From: Heteronotia binoei
Lineage: Eukaryota
Direction: 5' to 3'
Assembly (NCBI RefSeq): GCF_032191835.1
Contig: NC_083227.1
Span: forward strand, 30,690,001-30,754,000
DNA length: 64,000 nt
A program made the position numbers and the translations under genes. The stretch's first letter is position 1, and every line of letters starts with the position of its first letter. Below are positions 11,401-23,178 of the stretch, in pieces. The notes beneath the pieces are model-generated. The model had not been told where the DNA came from. It saw only the letters and a program-made list of their open reading frames with translations, and did no database searches.

Positions 11401-12498
11401 TACCTGGTCTAAATGTTGTTGTTTTTTCTCATGGTCACACAACATTGAAAACATCCCACTGCTGTTTCATTCCTTCCCCATTTTCTGTTACTAAAAAAAA
11501 TGGATTCTCTCGCACTGCTTGGGGGGGGGGCAAGCAACATGTATTCGCAAAAAAGCCTTATTTGGGGATCTGAACAGTTTTTTGTTTTGGTGTTCTGAGG
11601 CAACTTGCCCATGAAACTTCAGCTCCCCATTGCATGCATAAAATCAAACAATTCCCCGTCCCAAAATGATTTACTGTGAATGAGAATGGACGGAACCCTG
11701 ATGGGGAAAACCTGAGAAAAAGTGTGGGTGTGAACTTGTCATGACCAAAGCATGATAGTTAAAACTGCAGTAACACAGGGACAACTTGAAAGGCGGGTGC
11801 CATGTGAAAGACAGCTGTGTGAATGGCGAAATCCACTTTAAACATCACTGAAGTGGATCGAAACTGCATTATTTAGCACGTGTGAAAGCTCCCACTGTGA
11901 TAGAGGAACAGAGAATTACTCTTTTCTGCTGTGCCATTTTCCCAATCAGGAGTGCATCCCCCAGCCTGCTTTACACCCACATAGAGAAAAAAAAAGACAG
12001 ATGCTCCTAGTGCGCCTGTCTTTTTTTCTCAGTCCCAGCTTTAGGCAGCCTAGGGGAGGGCAGTTTCCAATAAAATTGTAAACGGGAAAAGAGAACTCCT
12101 TTTCTTTCCCCAGCTCTGTGGCTCCAATTTATTTATCTGTTAAAACATGCAGCCTACCCATTTAACAAGCTCTGGGCAGCTAACAATAGAAGTTAAAAAT
12201 AATCTCTCCAATTCTGAATACTATGTTTGAAAACTACAAAAATTTATCCCATAAACATTAGAAATGGTCACTCTCCAAATTCCATTCAATAATGAATGTT
12301 CTCAAAATGCATCCACAAAATCAATCTGAAGCTTCTTTCTGAGGCCAAATGACACACCTATTATTCTGTCCACAGAACTCCCGAACTGTGTATTGTTTAG
12401 CTCACAGAAGAGCTTCCAGGTTATTCAAGGAGAATGCCTGGCATTGTAACAAAAATCTTCTGGAAAATCACTCCTTTTCTTTCCCTTTTCCTCATCAG

Positions 12499-12600
12499 GG
12501 CTCCCAGATGTGATCATAAAGTTGGAACAAGAAGAACCTGGCTTCTCAGAATACCACCAAGAATGGGAAGGAAAAGAGTCTATTGCAGTTGCTGTCTCAG
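12499..12600 (+). CDS. ZNF gene 1, KRAB-B-like exon 4 (GLPDVIIKLEQEEPGFSEYHQEWEGKESIAVAVS)
   Basis: Acceptor cttttcctcatcag|, donor tcag|gtaagg; 102 nt, phase 1-1; splices in frame to 13926. Confidence 0.8.
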
Positions 12601-12997
12601 GTAAGGAATGGGCTTGTTATTTGGAGAAACCAAATGATACAGCCTTCCTAGGACTTTCCCACTTCAGACTGTAAGTGGGAGACCTCAGATATAATGCTTT
12701 TCTTTTTCTCTTAACCGTTCCTGCTTGTAGAAATGTAGCAGGTAAGGGAAAGAGCCTAAGGCCTTAGCAAGGATTTGAAAAGGGGATTTCAGAGGCTGAG
12801 GCTGGAAGCCAGCCAAAGCAAACTGAGGCGGAGTTTGTAGGTGCAGTCCTAAAAATGCTCTCCAGAGAGTAATAGACCTGAGTGGGATTCTGAGTCAATC
12901 TCCTTAGGATTGCACTCTATGTGGTCCTTCAGATTCAGAAAGAAGGCTCAGCTTCCTCAGATAGGTGGGACGGCCACATTTCCAGGTAGTTCTTAAA

Positions 12998-13807
12998 TAG
13001 GGTTGCCAAGTCCCATTTTTAAAATATCTGGGGACTTTGGGGGTAGAGCCAGGAGACTTTGGGGGTGGAGCCAGGAGACACTGGGGTGGAGCTAGGGGGA
13101 GGGGGGAAACGGCGCCGGGGAGCGTCGCTGCGCTGCCGTGGCTGCTCCTCCGAGATGGGCTCAGGCTGGGCCCATCTCGGAGGAGCAGCTGCGGGGGGGG
13201 GGGGGGGCGTTGCGGCGGCGTCCCGCGCTCCGCCTCTGCATTGGAATGGGGAGGGTGTGGAGGCAGGCCAGGAGCGTGGCGAGCCGCGAGTCCGGGTCCT
13301 AGAGGGGCCCGGATTCGCGGCTCGCCATGCTCCTGGCCTGCCTCCACCCTCCCCTTCTCTGGTTTGGCTGCTCCTCCGAGATGGGCTCAGGCTGGGCCCA
13401 TCTCAGAGGAGCAGCTGCCGGGGGGGGGGGGGCGGCGCGGCAGCGTCGCGCGCTCCGCTCAGCCTCTGGGTTGGAATGGGGGGGGGGTGGAGGCGGGCCA
13501 GGAGCGTGGCGAGCCGCAAGTCCAGGTCCTAGAGGGGCCCGGATTCGCGGCTCTCCATGCTCCTGGCCCGCCTCCACCCTCCCCTTCTCTGCTTTGGCTG
13601 CTCCTCCGAGATGGGCTCAGCCTGGGCCCATCTCGGAGGAGCAGCTGCGGGGAGGGAGGGGGCGGCAGCAGCGCGGCAGCGTCGCCCGCTCTGGGATGGG
13701 GTGCCCGCCGTTTCTCCCCCTCCCCCCGCTTCTGTTTTTGGGGGGAGCGGGGGAAGAGGGTCGAAAACCTGGCATCCCCCGCCAGAGCGGGAGGGTTGGG
13801 AAGGCTA
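12998..13807. mobile_element. GC-rich hAT MITE (TAGGG-end family) with 3 internal hairpin units
   Basis: Ends tagggttgccaa / ttgggaaggcta; perfect 8-bp TSD ttcttaaa at 12990-12997 and 13808-13815; same family as 6146-6754. Confidence 0.9.
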
Positions 13808-13925
13808 TTCTTAAAAGAAATGAACAGAAAATGAAAGATTTCCTCATAACCATAATTCTTGACCGCCCTAGATAGAACGTTGGTAAGTGGATCTTACATA
13901 TACAGATGTTATTTTATTCCAACAG

Positions 13926-15454
13926 GAAACAGGCTGTCAAGCAAGAATCTTCACTTGTGTGTTTCTGAGGATATGGGCCCAAATGAAACATCACTCAGAA
14001 GAGTCAAAGGGCTCATTTCCAACTGTTATGAGAAGGGAGAAATGTGGGAAGATCCAGATGGAGTGGAAAGGGAGCCTCGAATCCACCCAGCAATGTTGGT
14101 GAAGAAGATCCCTCTTTGTGGGGAGGACGAGAGGATTTGTGATGAAAGGGGGGATATACATGAGAGGATTCTCAAGTGTGGAAAGATCCTCATATTGGAT
14201 TCAAACCTCCTGCTACATGTGAGGGAGAAACTCCAGGCTTGCATGGACTGTGGGAAAAGTTTTTGTGAAAAATCGAGCCTCATTAGACACAAGAAGACAC
14301 ACACAGGGGAGAAGTTGCATACCTGTGCAGAGTGTGGAAAAAGATTCAGCCTCAAATCAAGCCTCATTAGGCACCATCGGAACCATACAGGTGAGAAAGA
14401 AGGGAATGGCCTTGGATTAAGTCAGAACTCAGACCTCAGAGAAAAAAAGGGGACCCATATGAGGAAGGAACCCTATAGGTGTTACACCTGTGGGAAGACC
14501 TTCAGAAATAAGGCACACTTTGTCATACATGAGAGAACCCATACGGGAGAGAAACCATTTCAGTGCCCTGACTGTGGGAAGAGCTTCAGAAACTCCTCCC
14601 ACCTTATCTTGCATAAGAGAACTCACACAGGTGAGAAGCCATACAAGTGCTCCATTTGTGGGAAAAGCTTCAATCAGAGCTCGAATCTTATCAGACATGA
14701 GAGGACCCACACAGGGGAGAAACCATACTCATGCTCAGTGTGTGGGAAAAGCTTCAGCTGGGGACCCGAACTACAGATCCATGAGAGAATCCACACAGGG
14801 GAGAAACCATACAAATGCTCAGACTGTGAGAAATCATTCAGCAGTTACTCCAGTTTTATAAGGCACAAGAGAATCCATACGGGGGAGAAACCCTACCAGT
14901 GCTCCAAATGCAGTAAGAGCTTCCACCAAAGTTCAGATCTCAGGGCACATGAAAGAAGTCACCATCCAAGTAGGACTTTGTTAGAAGATTTTGGGAACGT
15001 CTTGTGTCCCCTCGAGGACAAGGGAATGCACACAGACGAGAAGCTATTCAAATGCTCAGCTTGTGGGAAAAGTTTCAGTCGGAGGGCGCACCTCACAAGG
15101 CATGAGGGAACACATATGGGAAAGAAGCCGTACAAATGCTCACACTGTGGGAAAAGCTTCAATCAGACTTCCAACCTCATTCGGCACGAGCGGACGCACA
15201 CAGGAGAAAAGCCATACACTTGTGCCAGCTGCAACAAGAGCTTCAATAGGAAATCCCACCTCCTCCGACATCAGAGGACCCACATAGGAGAGAAGCCATA
15301 CAATTGCTCTGATCAGAGATCAGATCTCATCCAACATGGAGGAAATAATTCAGAGGAGAAATCTCAGCTGTTCCCTCTATGCAGGAAAAGTGAGAACTTT
15401 GCACTACATCACGAAAGCCACACAGGAGGAAAAGCGTGTGCATCGTCAGACTAA
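13926..15454 (+). CDS. ZNF gene 1, terminal C2H2 zinc-finger exon (11 intact fingers plus several degenerate ones)
   Basis: Acceptor ttttattccaacag| with phase-1 entry (GNRLSSKN...); CxxC...HxxxH arrays with TGEKPY linkers to the stop at 15454; AATAAA at 15542 and 15598. The model from ATG 3835 gives 638 aa. Confidence 0.95.
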
Positions 15455-15859
15455 GAATGTTAAAACAAGGGTGGCAAATGATTAATTGCTATAAATTATT
15501 TGCTTCTTCCACACCACAGAGAGAAAGCTAATTAATGCTAGAATAAAAGTTATCCCCATAAACACAGAGGCGTTTTATCTTTGTTGTTGTTGTTTTAAAT
15601 AAAAAAGAATCTTGTTTCCTGGGTTTTTCACCTCTTAAAGCCCAACTGCTACCAAGTATCTCCTTTTCAGTATTTTACATATTTTACATCTTACATATTG
15701 CTATTAGTTATTAATTCAGTGCCATAAACATTCACATTGCTTTATAGGGCCAGATCCCCAGCCCAAAAATCCCTCGTGGAGCTGAGAGAAGAAGGTGAAG
15801 AGAGTAACAGGAAGAACATACCTAGGTTTAGTTGCGGAGGAGATTAAGACCACAATTTT

Positions 15860-16340
15860 ATTTTCATTTTTACCCTGCTTTTCAGATCAGGACTCAAGAG
15901 GGATTAGAAGCATGATAGAACTATTCAATCAATCAATAAACGGGTTACAAAATATGATAATGCTTGAACAATAACCATGTTTGAATCTAACAGCAAAGAT
16001 GCCAAGTAAAACAAAGCTATTCATTCAGTCAGCAAGTGGGTTAAAAGGAACTTTACAAAATATGATCCAAAGATCTAACAGCAAAGACATCTAATAAAAC
16101 AACATAATACAGTGGAGCTGGGATTTAAGAACTGCAAGATAAAAGACATTGTCTCTAGTAGAGGTCCCCCACCAAGCTGATCCATTAAGTCACAGCTCTG
16201 CTCTCTCTACAAGAATGCCCGCCTGAACAATTCGTTTTTGCACATTTTGCAAAACAATAGAGGCATAGGGGCCTTTCTAATAGGGTGAGGGAGGCAGACC
16301 AGCCACAAAGAAAGCATTTGAACGAGCAGTTACGGACTTT
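15860..16340 (-). mobile_element. L2-like LINE 3' fragment (degraded)
   Basis: The + strand shows the typical L2 tail start (ttttaccctgcttttcagatcaggactcaagag) and a degraded C-terminal region. Confidence 0.4.
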
Positions 16341-17344
16341 ACCTGTTTGTCAGATGACACACTCAGAAGTCCAGCAGTCTAAGCATCACCTCTGACTATA
16401 GGGGTGGGGGAGTTGATTGCTCCTCCACATGGGATGAAATCTCCATGCCAATAGAAAACTTACACATCTGGGGGAAAGATACAGCATCTGACCAGAGCCT
16501 TGCTGTCACTGTTTTTTTTCATTTGTAGAGTTTTATAATCATAGGGGAGTATTTAAATAAATGGGACTCATCTTCTCTGCCAGTAGAATCAAATGCACCA
16601 TCCCAGAGTGTGGCCTAGATGTTCACAAACTTTTTGAGTCCTTAGGCCCTTTTCTGACACAACATGGCTGATACAGCCACAAAACAGCTGCCACAGGAGG
16701 TAGCCACAAAATGGCAGCTGCATTTTCCCTCCCATCACCCAATGAAGATCCTTATGCTTTGGTGGTAGCTGCTGCCAAAGCAACATTTTTAACAATCAGT
16801 CAGAAGCCTTGCTGGGCAAAAGCCCACTTTCTAAAAATACTTGGTGCCAAGGAAGGGTGTTGGAGGCTCTGCAGTAGCCAATCTGAGGACACATACGGAA
16901 GCAATTACCTCTGTATGTCCTCTGCTTTTGTATGCACAGGCACCCAGATACAGGCCAAAGCTGCATGTGCCCTTAGGCCTATAGAGCAGGTTAGGTTTAC
17001 ACAAGGTGACTGGCCTTTGAACCAAGAGGAAACACAGACCATAAATGTTTTAATTAATAAAGTTATCTGTTCCAGGTTGAGTGACAAAAGGGAATGAGGA
17101 GAAAGGAAAGGCAGTAAAAGTTCTTGGCCACAGCAAGAAAATTAGGACTTTCTTGGAGATCTGGCAAAGTTTTCCCCCTTGATGATGCCGTTGTTACTGT
17201 TTAGTAGGAGACTTGTTAACTACATGGTTTCATTTGCAGATTACAGTAATTTAGGGAAATTTTTATAGCTGTACACTCAGGTCCTTTCATCGTACAACTG
17301 TGTATAGCTCTGGTCACTGTGTCTCAAAAAGGACCTTGCAGAGC

Positions 17345-17857
17345 TAGGGTTGCCAATCCCCAAGTGGGGGAAGGGGATCCCCCGGTTTGGAGCCCCCCCC
17401 CCACTTTAGGGTCGTCAGAAAGCGGCGGGGGGGGGGGGGAGGGAGGGGAATGTCTGCTGGGAACTCTATTATTCCCTATGGAGATTTATTCCCATAGAAA
17501 ATCATGGAGAATTGTTCCACGGGTATCTGGGGCTCTGCGAGAGCTGTTTTTTGAGGTAGAGGCACCAAATTTTCCGTATAGCATCTAGTGTCTCTCCCCA
17601 AAATACCCCCCAAGTTTCAAAATGATTGAATCATGGGGTCCAATTCTATGAGCCCCCAAATAAGGTGCCCCTATCCATTATTTCCTATGGAAGGAAGGCA
17701 TTGAAAAGGTCTGCTGTCCCTTTAAATGTGATGGCCAGAACTCCCTTTGGAGTTGAATTATTCTTGTCACACCCTTGCCTCTGGCTCTACCCCCAAAGTC
17801 TCCTGGCTCCACCCCCAAAGTCCCCAGATATTTCTTAAATTGGACTTGGCAACCCTA
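17345..17857. mobile_element. hAT MITE, ~515-bp TAGGGTTGCCA family
   Basis: TIRs tagggttgccaa / ttggcaacccta; perfect TSD tgcagagc at 17337-17344 and 17858-17865. Confidence 0.92.
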
Positions 17858-18430
17858 TGCAGAGCTGGGAAAAAATACAGAGGAGGGCAAGGCAACCAAG
17901 ATGATTAGGAGGTTGGAGCATCTTCCCAATGTGAGGAAATGCTGAAGGATCTGAGACTTTTCCGTTTGTATGAGACTACTAAAAGGGGGAGGGGCATGAT
18001 AGAGGTTTATAAAATTATGTATGAGGTAGAGAAAGTTGACCAAGAGACATATTTTCCCTCTCTCGAAATGCTAGAACTAGAGGGCATTCAATCAGGCTGA
18101 TGAATGGGTTAAATAAAATACTACTTCATGCAGAGAGTGATTAAAAAGTGGCATCTGCTGCCGAAGGATGCATGATGGCCACAGGAACAACAGCTATAGA
18201 TTACATAAGATTCATGGAGGATAAGTCTAGCAATGGGTACTAGCCATGGCGACTGAGGGAACCTTCACATTCAGAGGCACAAATCCTCTGAATCCCAGAG
18301 CCAGAAAGCAACATCAGGGGAAGGCCTCAGTCTCTATGCCCTGTTGTTGGCCCTCCAGAGTAACTGGTTAGCAACTGTATGAGACAGGACGCTGGACTAG
18401 ATGGACCACTGGTCTGATCCAGCGGGGCTG
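17858..18430 (+). mobile_element. CR1 LINE 3' fragment
   Basis: Degenerate ORF2 end (ATKMIRRLEHL...GGMIEVYKIM) followed by a CR1-type 3' UTR. Confidence 0.7.
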
Positions 18431-19289
18431 TTGTCTTCGAGAACCATGCACTAAACCAATTTCTAAACCATACTCTAAACGCAGGTAGGCCCCCTCACTT
18501 TTGATCTTTTGGAGGCAGTTGTAGATTTTATTTAGGACAGTATTTGATAAATTTAATCATAGTCCTAAATTGTGATTTAAATTTTTTAAAATGTATTTTA
18601 TCTAACTTGTAAACTGCCTTTAGTTCTGTATGGGAGAAAGGCAGTTATTTTAAATACAAATAAAATAATTATTGCATTGTAAAAAAAAAAAAATTCTGAG
18701 GAATCCCTTCTGAAGAAAATCTACTTCCAGGAGCTAGTATTTATGGATATTGACTACGAGTTGGATCCAATGTACTTCAACACAATTCTCTTTAATTTTT
18801 AAAACAACCAGTGTCGTGTCTTTAGCATGTAGGCCCACGTCACTTAACCACAGAAGACTCAAAATAATCCCCCCCATCAGATTCCTAACGGGTAGAGCCA
18901 TATATATGTTGGATACAAAGATGCACATCCATCTGGGCTGTGGATTATGACTTTTTTCTCAGTCAATAAATGATCTGCAAACTTTTGAGAAGCACAGAAT
19001 TTCACAGGAAGCAGAAACTGAAAGGACGTTTCCACCCACAGGTTTTCCATCCACTTTGGCTTCCAAATGGGAGCACTTTTATCCTGCAGCCAATGTACTC
19101 AAAGGCACTGTTCCCTGCTGCTCACAACTGTGTAAGGGAGATTAGACTCGTAGCTAATAGTAATCCACTGAGCTTTATCAGTGTGTGAGGATTTGAACAG
19201 ACACAGCCCAGAACACTGCCCACTATACCTTACCAATTCTAGCTATTAAGCCATACTAGTGCAGTTATTCATTCCATGTCAGTGGTAGA

Positions 19290-19738
19290 CCAGAACCAAT
19301 GGGTTGAAACTAAATAAAAAGTTTTCAACTAAACATTAGGAAGAACTTCCTGACAGTTAGAGCAGTCCTCAGTGGAACAGGCTTCCTCAAGAGGTGGTGG
19401 GCTCTCCTTTGGAGGTTTTAAACAGAGGCTAGATGGCCATCAGATGGCAATGCTGATTCTGTGAACTGAGGCAGACCATGAGAAGGAGGGCAGGAAGGTT
19501 GCACCAGTGTTTAGTTCTCGTGGCCCTTTCTTGAATGGCCAGGGAAATGCTGTTCGCCATTTTGGGATCAGGCAATAATTTTTCTCCAGGTCATTTTTAC
19601 CATGGATCCTGGAGGGTTTTTGTTTGTTTTGCCATTTTCTGGGCATGGGGCAGGGTTCCCTGGGGCTGTGGGGGGGAGGTGCAGGGGATTTGACTAGATG
19701 ACCCGGGATGCTGCTTCCAACTCTGTGATTCTGTGATG
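19290..19738 (+). mobile_element. CR1 LINE 3' fragment
   Basis: Matches the 3' end of the 30.7-34.3 kb CR1 (aacattaggaagaacttcctgac...); ends actctgtgattctgtgat. Confidence 0.8.
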
Positions 19739-19849
19739 TGCTTTTTCTTCTCTAGCTCCCCATATCACTCCCATAATTCCTTTTCAGATAGAATATCAAT
19801 ACATACTTTTCCTCTCTACTTAATCTACAATGCAATTAAAATTATTCAG

Positions 19850-20050
19850 CCAGTGGCTGGAATGTCTGACTAGGAGCTGGGAGACCCAAGTTCAGATACC
19901 TACTCTACTATGGAAACTCAGTGGGTGACCTTGGGTCAGTCACCTTCTCTTAGCTTTGCGTACCTCACAGGATTGTGAGGATAAAATGGAGGAAAGGAGG
20001 ATAATGTTGTAAGCTCCTTAGGCTCCCCCTAGGAGAAAATTCAGAGAATA
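19850..20050 (+). mobile_element. MIR/Squam3-like SINE (degraded)
   Basis: Core gggtgaccttgggtcagtcac...cctcacaggattgtgaggataaaatgg. Confidence 0.55.
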
Positions 20051-21934
20051 AAAAAGCAACAAAAGTAAAGCTAAAGAAGCTACATATGTAGTCTTTATTT
20101 CTGTTTGACATCACAACAACCCTGTGATGTAGGCTACTATTATAACCATTTTTACAGGCTGAAAACTGAGGCTGATACTACTTGGCAGCACTTGAACTCA
20201 GAACTGCAAGTGCAACTCTCGATCCACAGGGGCACACAACATGAGAATGCAGGTTTGACAAACTTACTCAGAAAATAGATATCCAAACTTAAAAACAAGG
20301 TTAGACTAGAATAGGACTTATGATACATAAGGACTCAATCCTATGCATGCTTACTCAGGAGCAAGTTCAACTGAATGAACCTGAGTAAGTAAGCACATAG
20401 AGGGAACTGCAGCTTTGAATGCATTTAAAGGCATATTAAGAAGATACTCAGCTGTGTCCTGAAGTGTAAGATTTTCGTTTGTTTTCAATGGGACTCTTTA
20501 AATATCAAAAAATGACACAAATTAGTAAGCTTTCGAGTTCCCCAGAATTCTTCAGACTTGACTAGAAAGCAAAACAATAATAACAAAAACCAGGCATGAG
20601 AGGATGCAGGGAACAAATTTCAACCATTTTCAAACCTGAACAGCTTTTATATTTCAAAAATAATGAGCAAACCTTGTCTTAAGTGAAAACCAGAAATAAT
20701 TTTTTTTCACTTGGCATAGTTCACTTAATACTTTGCTGCACTCCCCTCAAAGATAGTTCAGACTGGAGGACTGAGGCTTTTTCAGCCTGCAAACCCAGGG
20801 AGTGGCTTTGTCCTGCCAGCTCTCTCAATACCATCTGGGCTAAGCAGCAGCAGCTCCTCAGGGCATCAGGCAGACTGAGGGCTATCCCAGCAACTGCTAC
20901 CCACAATCTTTTTAACTGCAGATGCCAGAGGTTGAACCTGGTTGAACCTTCAAAATCCAAAGCAGGTGCTCAGTCACAAATCCCCCCTCCTCTTTTTTCC
21001 CCCCTGCTTGACATCCAACCGAATGAAAAGATCTGGGGATCCCGAACACTTCCTCAGGACAGGCCTCAGCTTCTTTGTCGGCCCTCCAAGGCACCTGGTC
21101 GACCACTGTGTGAAGTAGGATGCTGGACTAGATGGTCTTATCCAGCAGGGCTCTTAGGTTCTTAATTGCTTATCTATGACATCTGAGGTGGTTCTTTTAG
21201 AAAGTTGTCAGTTTCAGACATGTAGTTTTCCAGAGCCAATTATAATTATAAGTTGACAGACACATATTTTTCCTAACTGAGGTAAAACTAAGAATATTTA
21301 AATAAGGCATGTTATTTGCTCCCCCCCCCCCTCTAAGTGGCACAAAATGACACAAAAGACTCTCTTTGAGGCTGCAAGCTTCCTGATGGCTCTTATGCAG
21401 GGGACTTTTCTGTCACCTCTCCCACCCCCATGTCTTTTCATTAGAATTAGAATGTTTATAATCATTTTAAGGTCTTTTTCTTGAGCAAGCTTTCACATAT
21501 GCCAAGAAGACCGAATCCTTCATTCACAAGGTACACAACTTCTGAGCCAACTGACTGACCAGGGAACAGGAGCCATGTTTATTGAGCCCACCCTCAGCTC
21601 AGTAAAGTTCAGGGGAGAAGTGGTCTGTTTGATGGGTCCTAGATAAAATCTGAGCCAGTAACAGAAGCTGGATAAAGTGGCAGACTCCTGAGGTGACACA
21701 GAATGGACTATATAATTCCAAACTTACCAATGGGGCACATCATTTTTTAATGCTTTCCCACAAAGAAAAGAACAGCAAGCTACAGCAGTTGATATTATAG
21801 CTCGGTGGGGACAGTGCTTTGCACTGCAGCTCCCATATTCAAGCCCAGGCATTTCCAGTTACAATGATCTGGCAGTGGCTGTTGGGAAAGGTCTTTCTTT
21901 GCCTGAGTCCCTGAAACATCACCACTAATCAACC

Positions 21935-22085
21935 GAGGTAGATGAACCAGTCATCTGATTTGGTATTAAGGCATCTGTATATGCTCATCTCAGCAGGGAC
22001 AGTGGTAGAGCATCCATTTTGCATGCAGGTGGTCCCCAGTTCAATCTCCAGTAAAAAGTGTTGTCCACAGACTTCTATTGCCTGA
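21935..22085 (-). mobile_element. tRNA-derived SINE
   Basis: Reverse complement of the 3165-3365 family. Confidence 0.6.
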
Positions 22086-22458
22086 GGCCATGGAGAACTG
22101 TAGCTACTCAGAATAGACAATACAGGCTCGGATGGATCAACAGGTTGACTTGATAGAATGCCAACTTCTAGTTCAGCCCTTTGCGCGTGCAGCTGGGTAT
22201 TCTGTTTATAGGGAGATGCCAAAGTGCAGGACTTCAAAAACATGATAGCCTCCTTCCAATAGGAGCCATTTTTCCACCTTAGTTATCTCTCCGTGCCCCT
22301 CCCCTGCCAAATAAATGCTAAGGGGGAACAAGATAGGTTAATAAAATTATGCATGGTGCAGAAGTGGCAGAGAATTTTTGCCCCTCCTCTCATAACACTA
22401 GAACCTGGGATCACTCAATATATTTAGGAAAAAGATTTTTTTTTTCACATCCTTAACT

Positions 22459-22755
22459 GCCCCGTGGCGCAGAGTGGTAAAGCTGCAGTACTGCAGTTGG
22501 AGCCCTCTGCTCATGACCTAAGTTCGATCCCAGCGGAAGCTGGTTCAGGTAGCCGACTTCAGGTTGACTCAGTCTTCCATCCTTCCGAGGTTGGTAAAAT
22601 GAGCACCCAGCTTGCTGGGGGAAAAGTGTAGATGAATGGGGAAGGCAATGGCAAACCACCCTGTAAAAAGTCTGCCATGAAAACGTTGTGAAAGCAACAT
22701 CACCTCAGGGTCGAAAACGACTAGTGCTTGCACAGGGGACTACCTTTACCTTTTT
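22459..22755 (+). mobile_element. Sauria SINE
   Basis: tRNA-like head, BovB-like 3' part (ggaaggcaatggcaaaccac) and the (accttt)n tail characteristic of Sauria SINEs. Confidence 0.85.
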
Positions 22756-23178
22756 TAAATTGTGGAACCCACTGTTGTAATGGTCTCTAGCTTAAATTTC
22801 TTTAAATGGGGATAGTGTACATTAACGGTCAGATCCATTAAAGGCTAAATAGTACCATCATGTTTAGAGGCTGGGTACTTCTGAATATCAGCTGCTGAGG
22901 GGGGTGACAACAGGGGATGACTTTGGTCTCTGTGCCTCTCTTATAGGCCTTCTGAAGCATGTGGTTGGCTGCTATAGAAACTGGATGCCGGCCTAGATGG
23001 AGTCTTGATGTGACTCAGCCAAACTTTTGTGTATTTTCACATACCACTTCATTCTGCTTGCATGTGTAGATTAGGGAGGTTGCAATTCCTCACAAATGCT
23101 GAGCATTTCATATGGTTTCGCTTTTGCAAGTTTCATTTCCTGCAGGGAAAAAGATCTGGTCCCTGAGGAAAGCTTTTC

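Noticed and set aside
12904-13875. Overlapping ORFs up to 265 aa with repeated peptides
   Set aside because: They are products of the MITE's internal tandem units, not a gene.
13859-13925. N-terminus of the 531-aa ORF as the true ZNF start
   Set aside because: It begins at a non-ATG codon in intron sequence; a good acceptor at 13925 joins the upstream exons in frame.
14026-15287. Antisense and alternate-frame ORFs over the ZNF exons (also 23537-23929)
   Set aside because: These are typical shadows of repetitive C2H2 coding sequence.
18734-18950. Non-repetitive stretch as a processed-pseudogene fragment
   Set aside because: No recognisable protein in any of the six frames.
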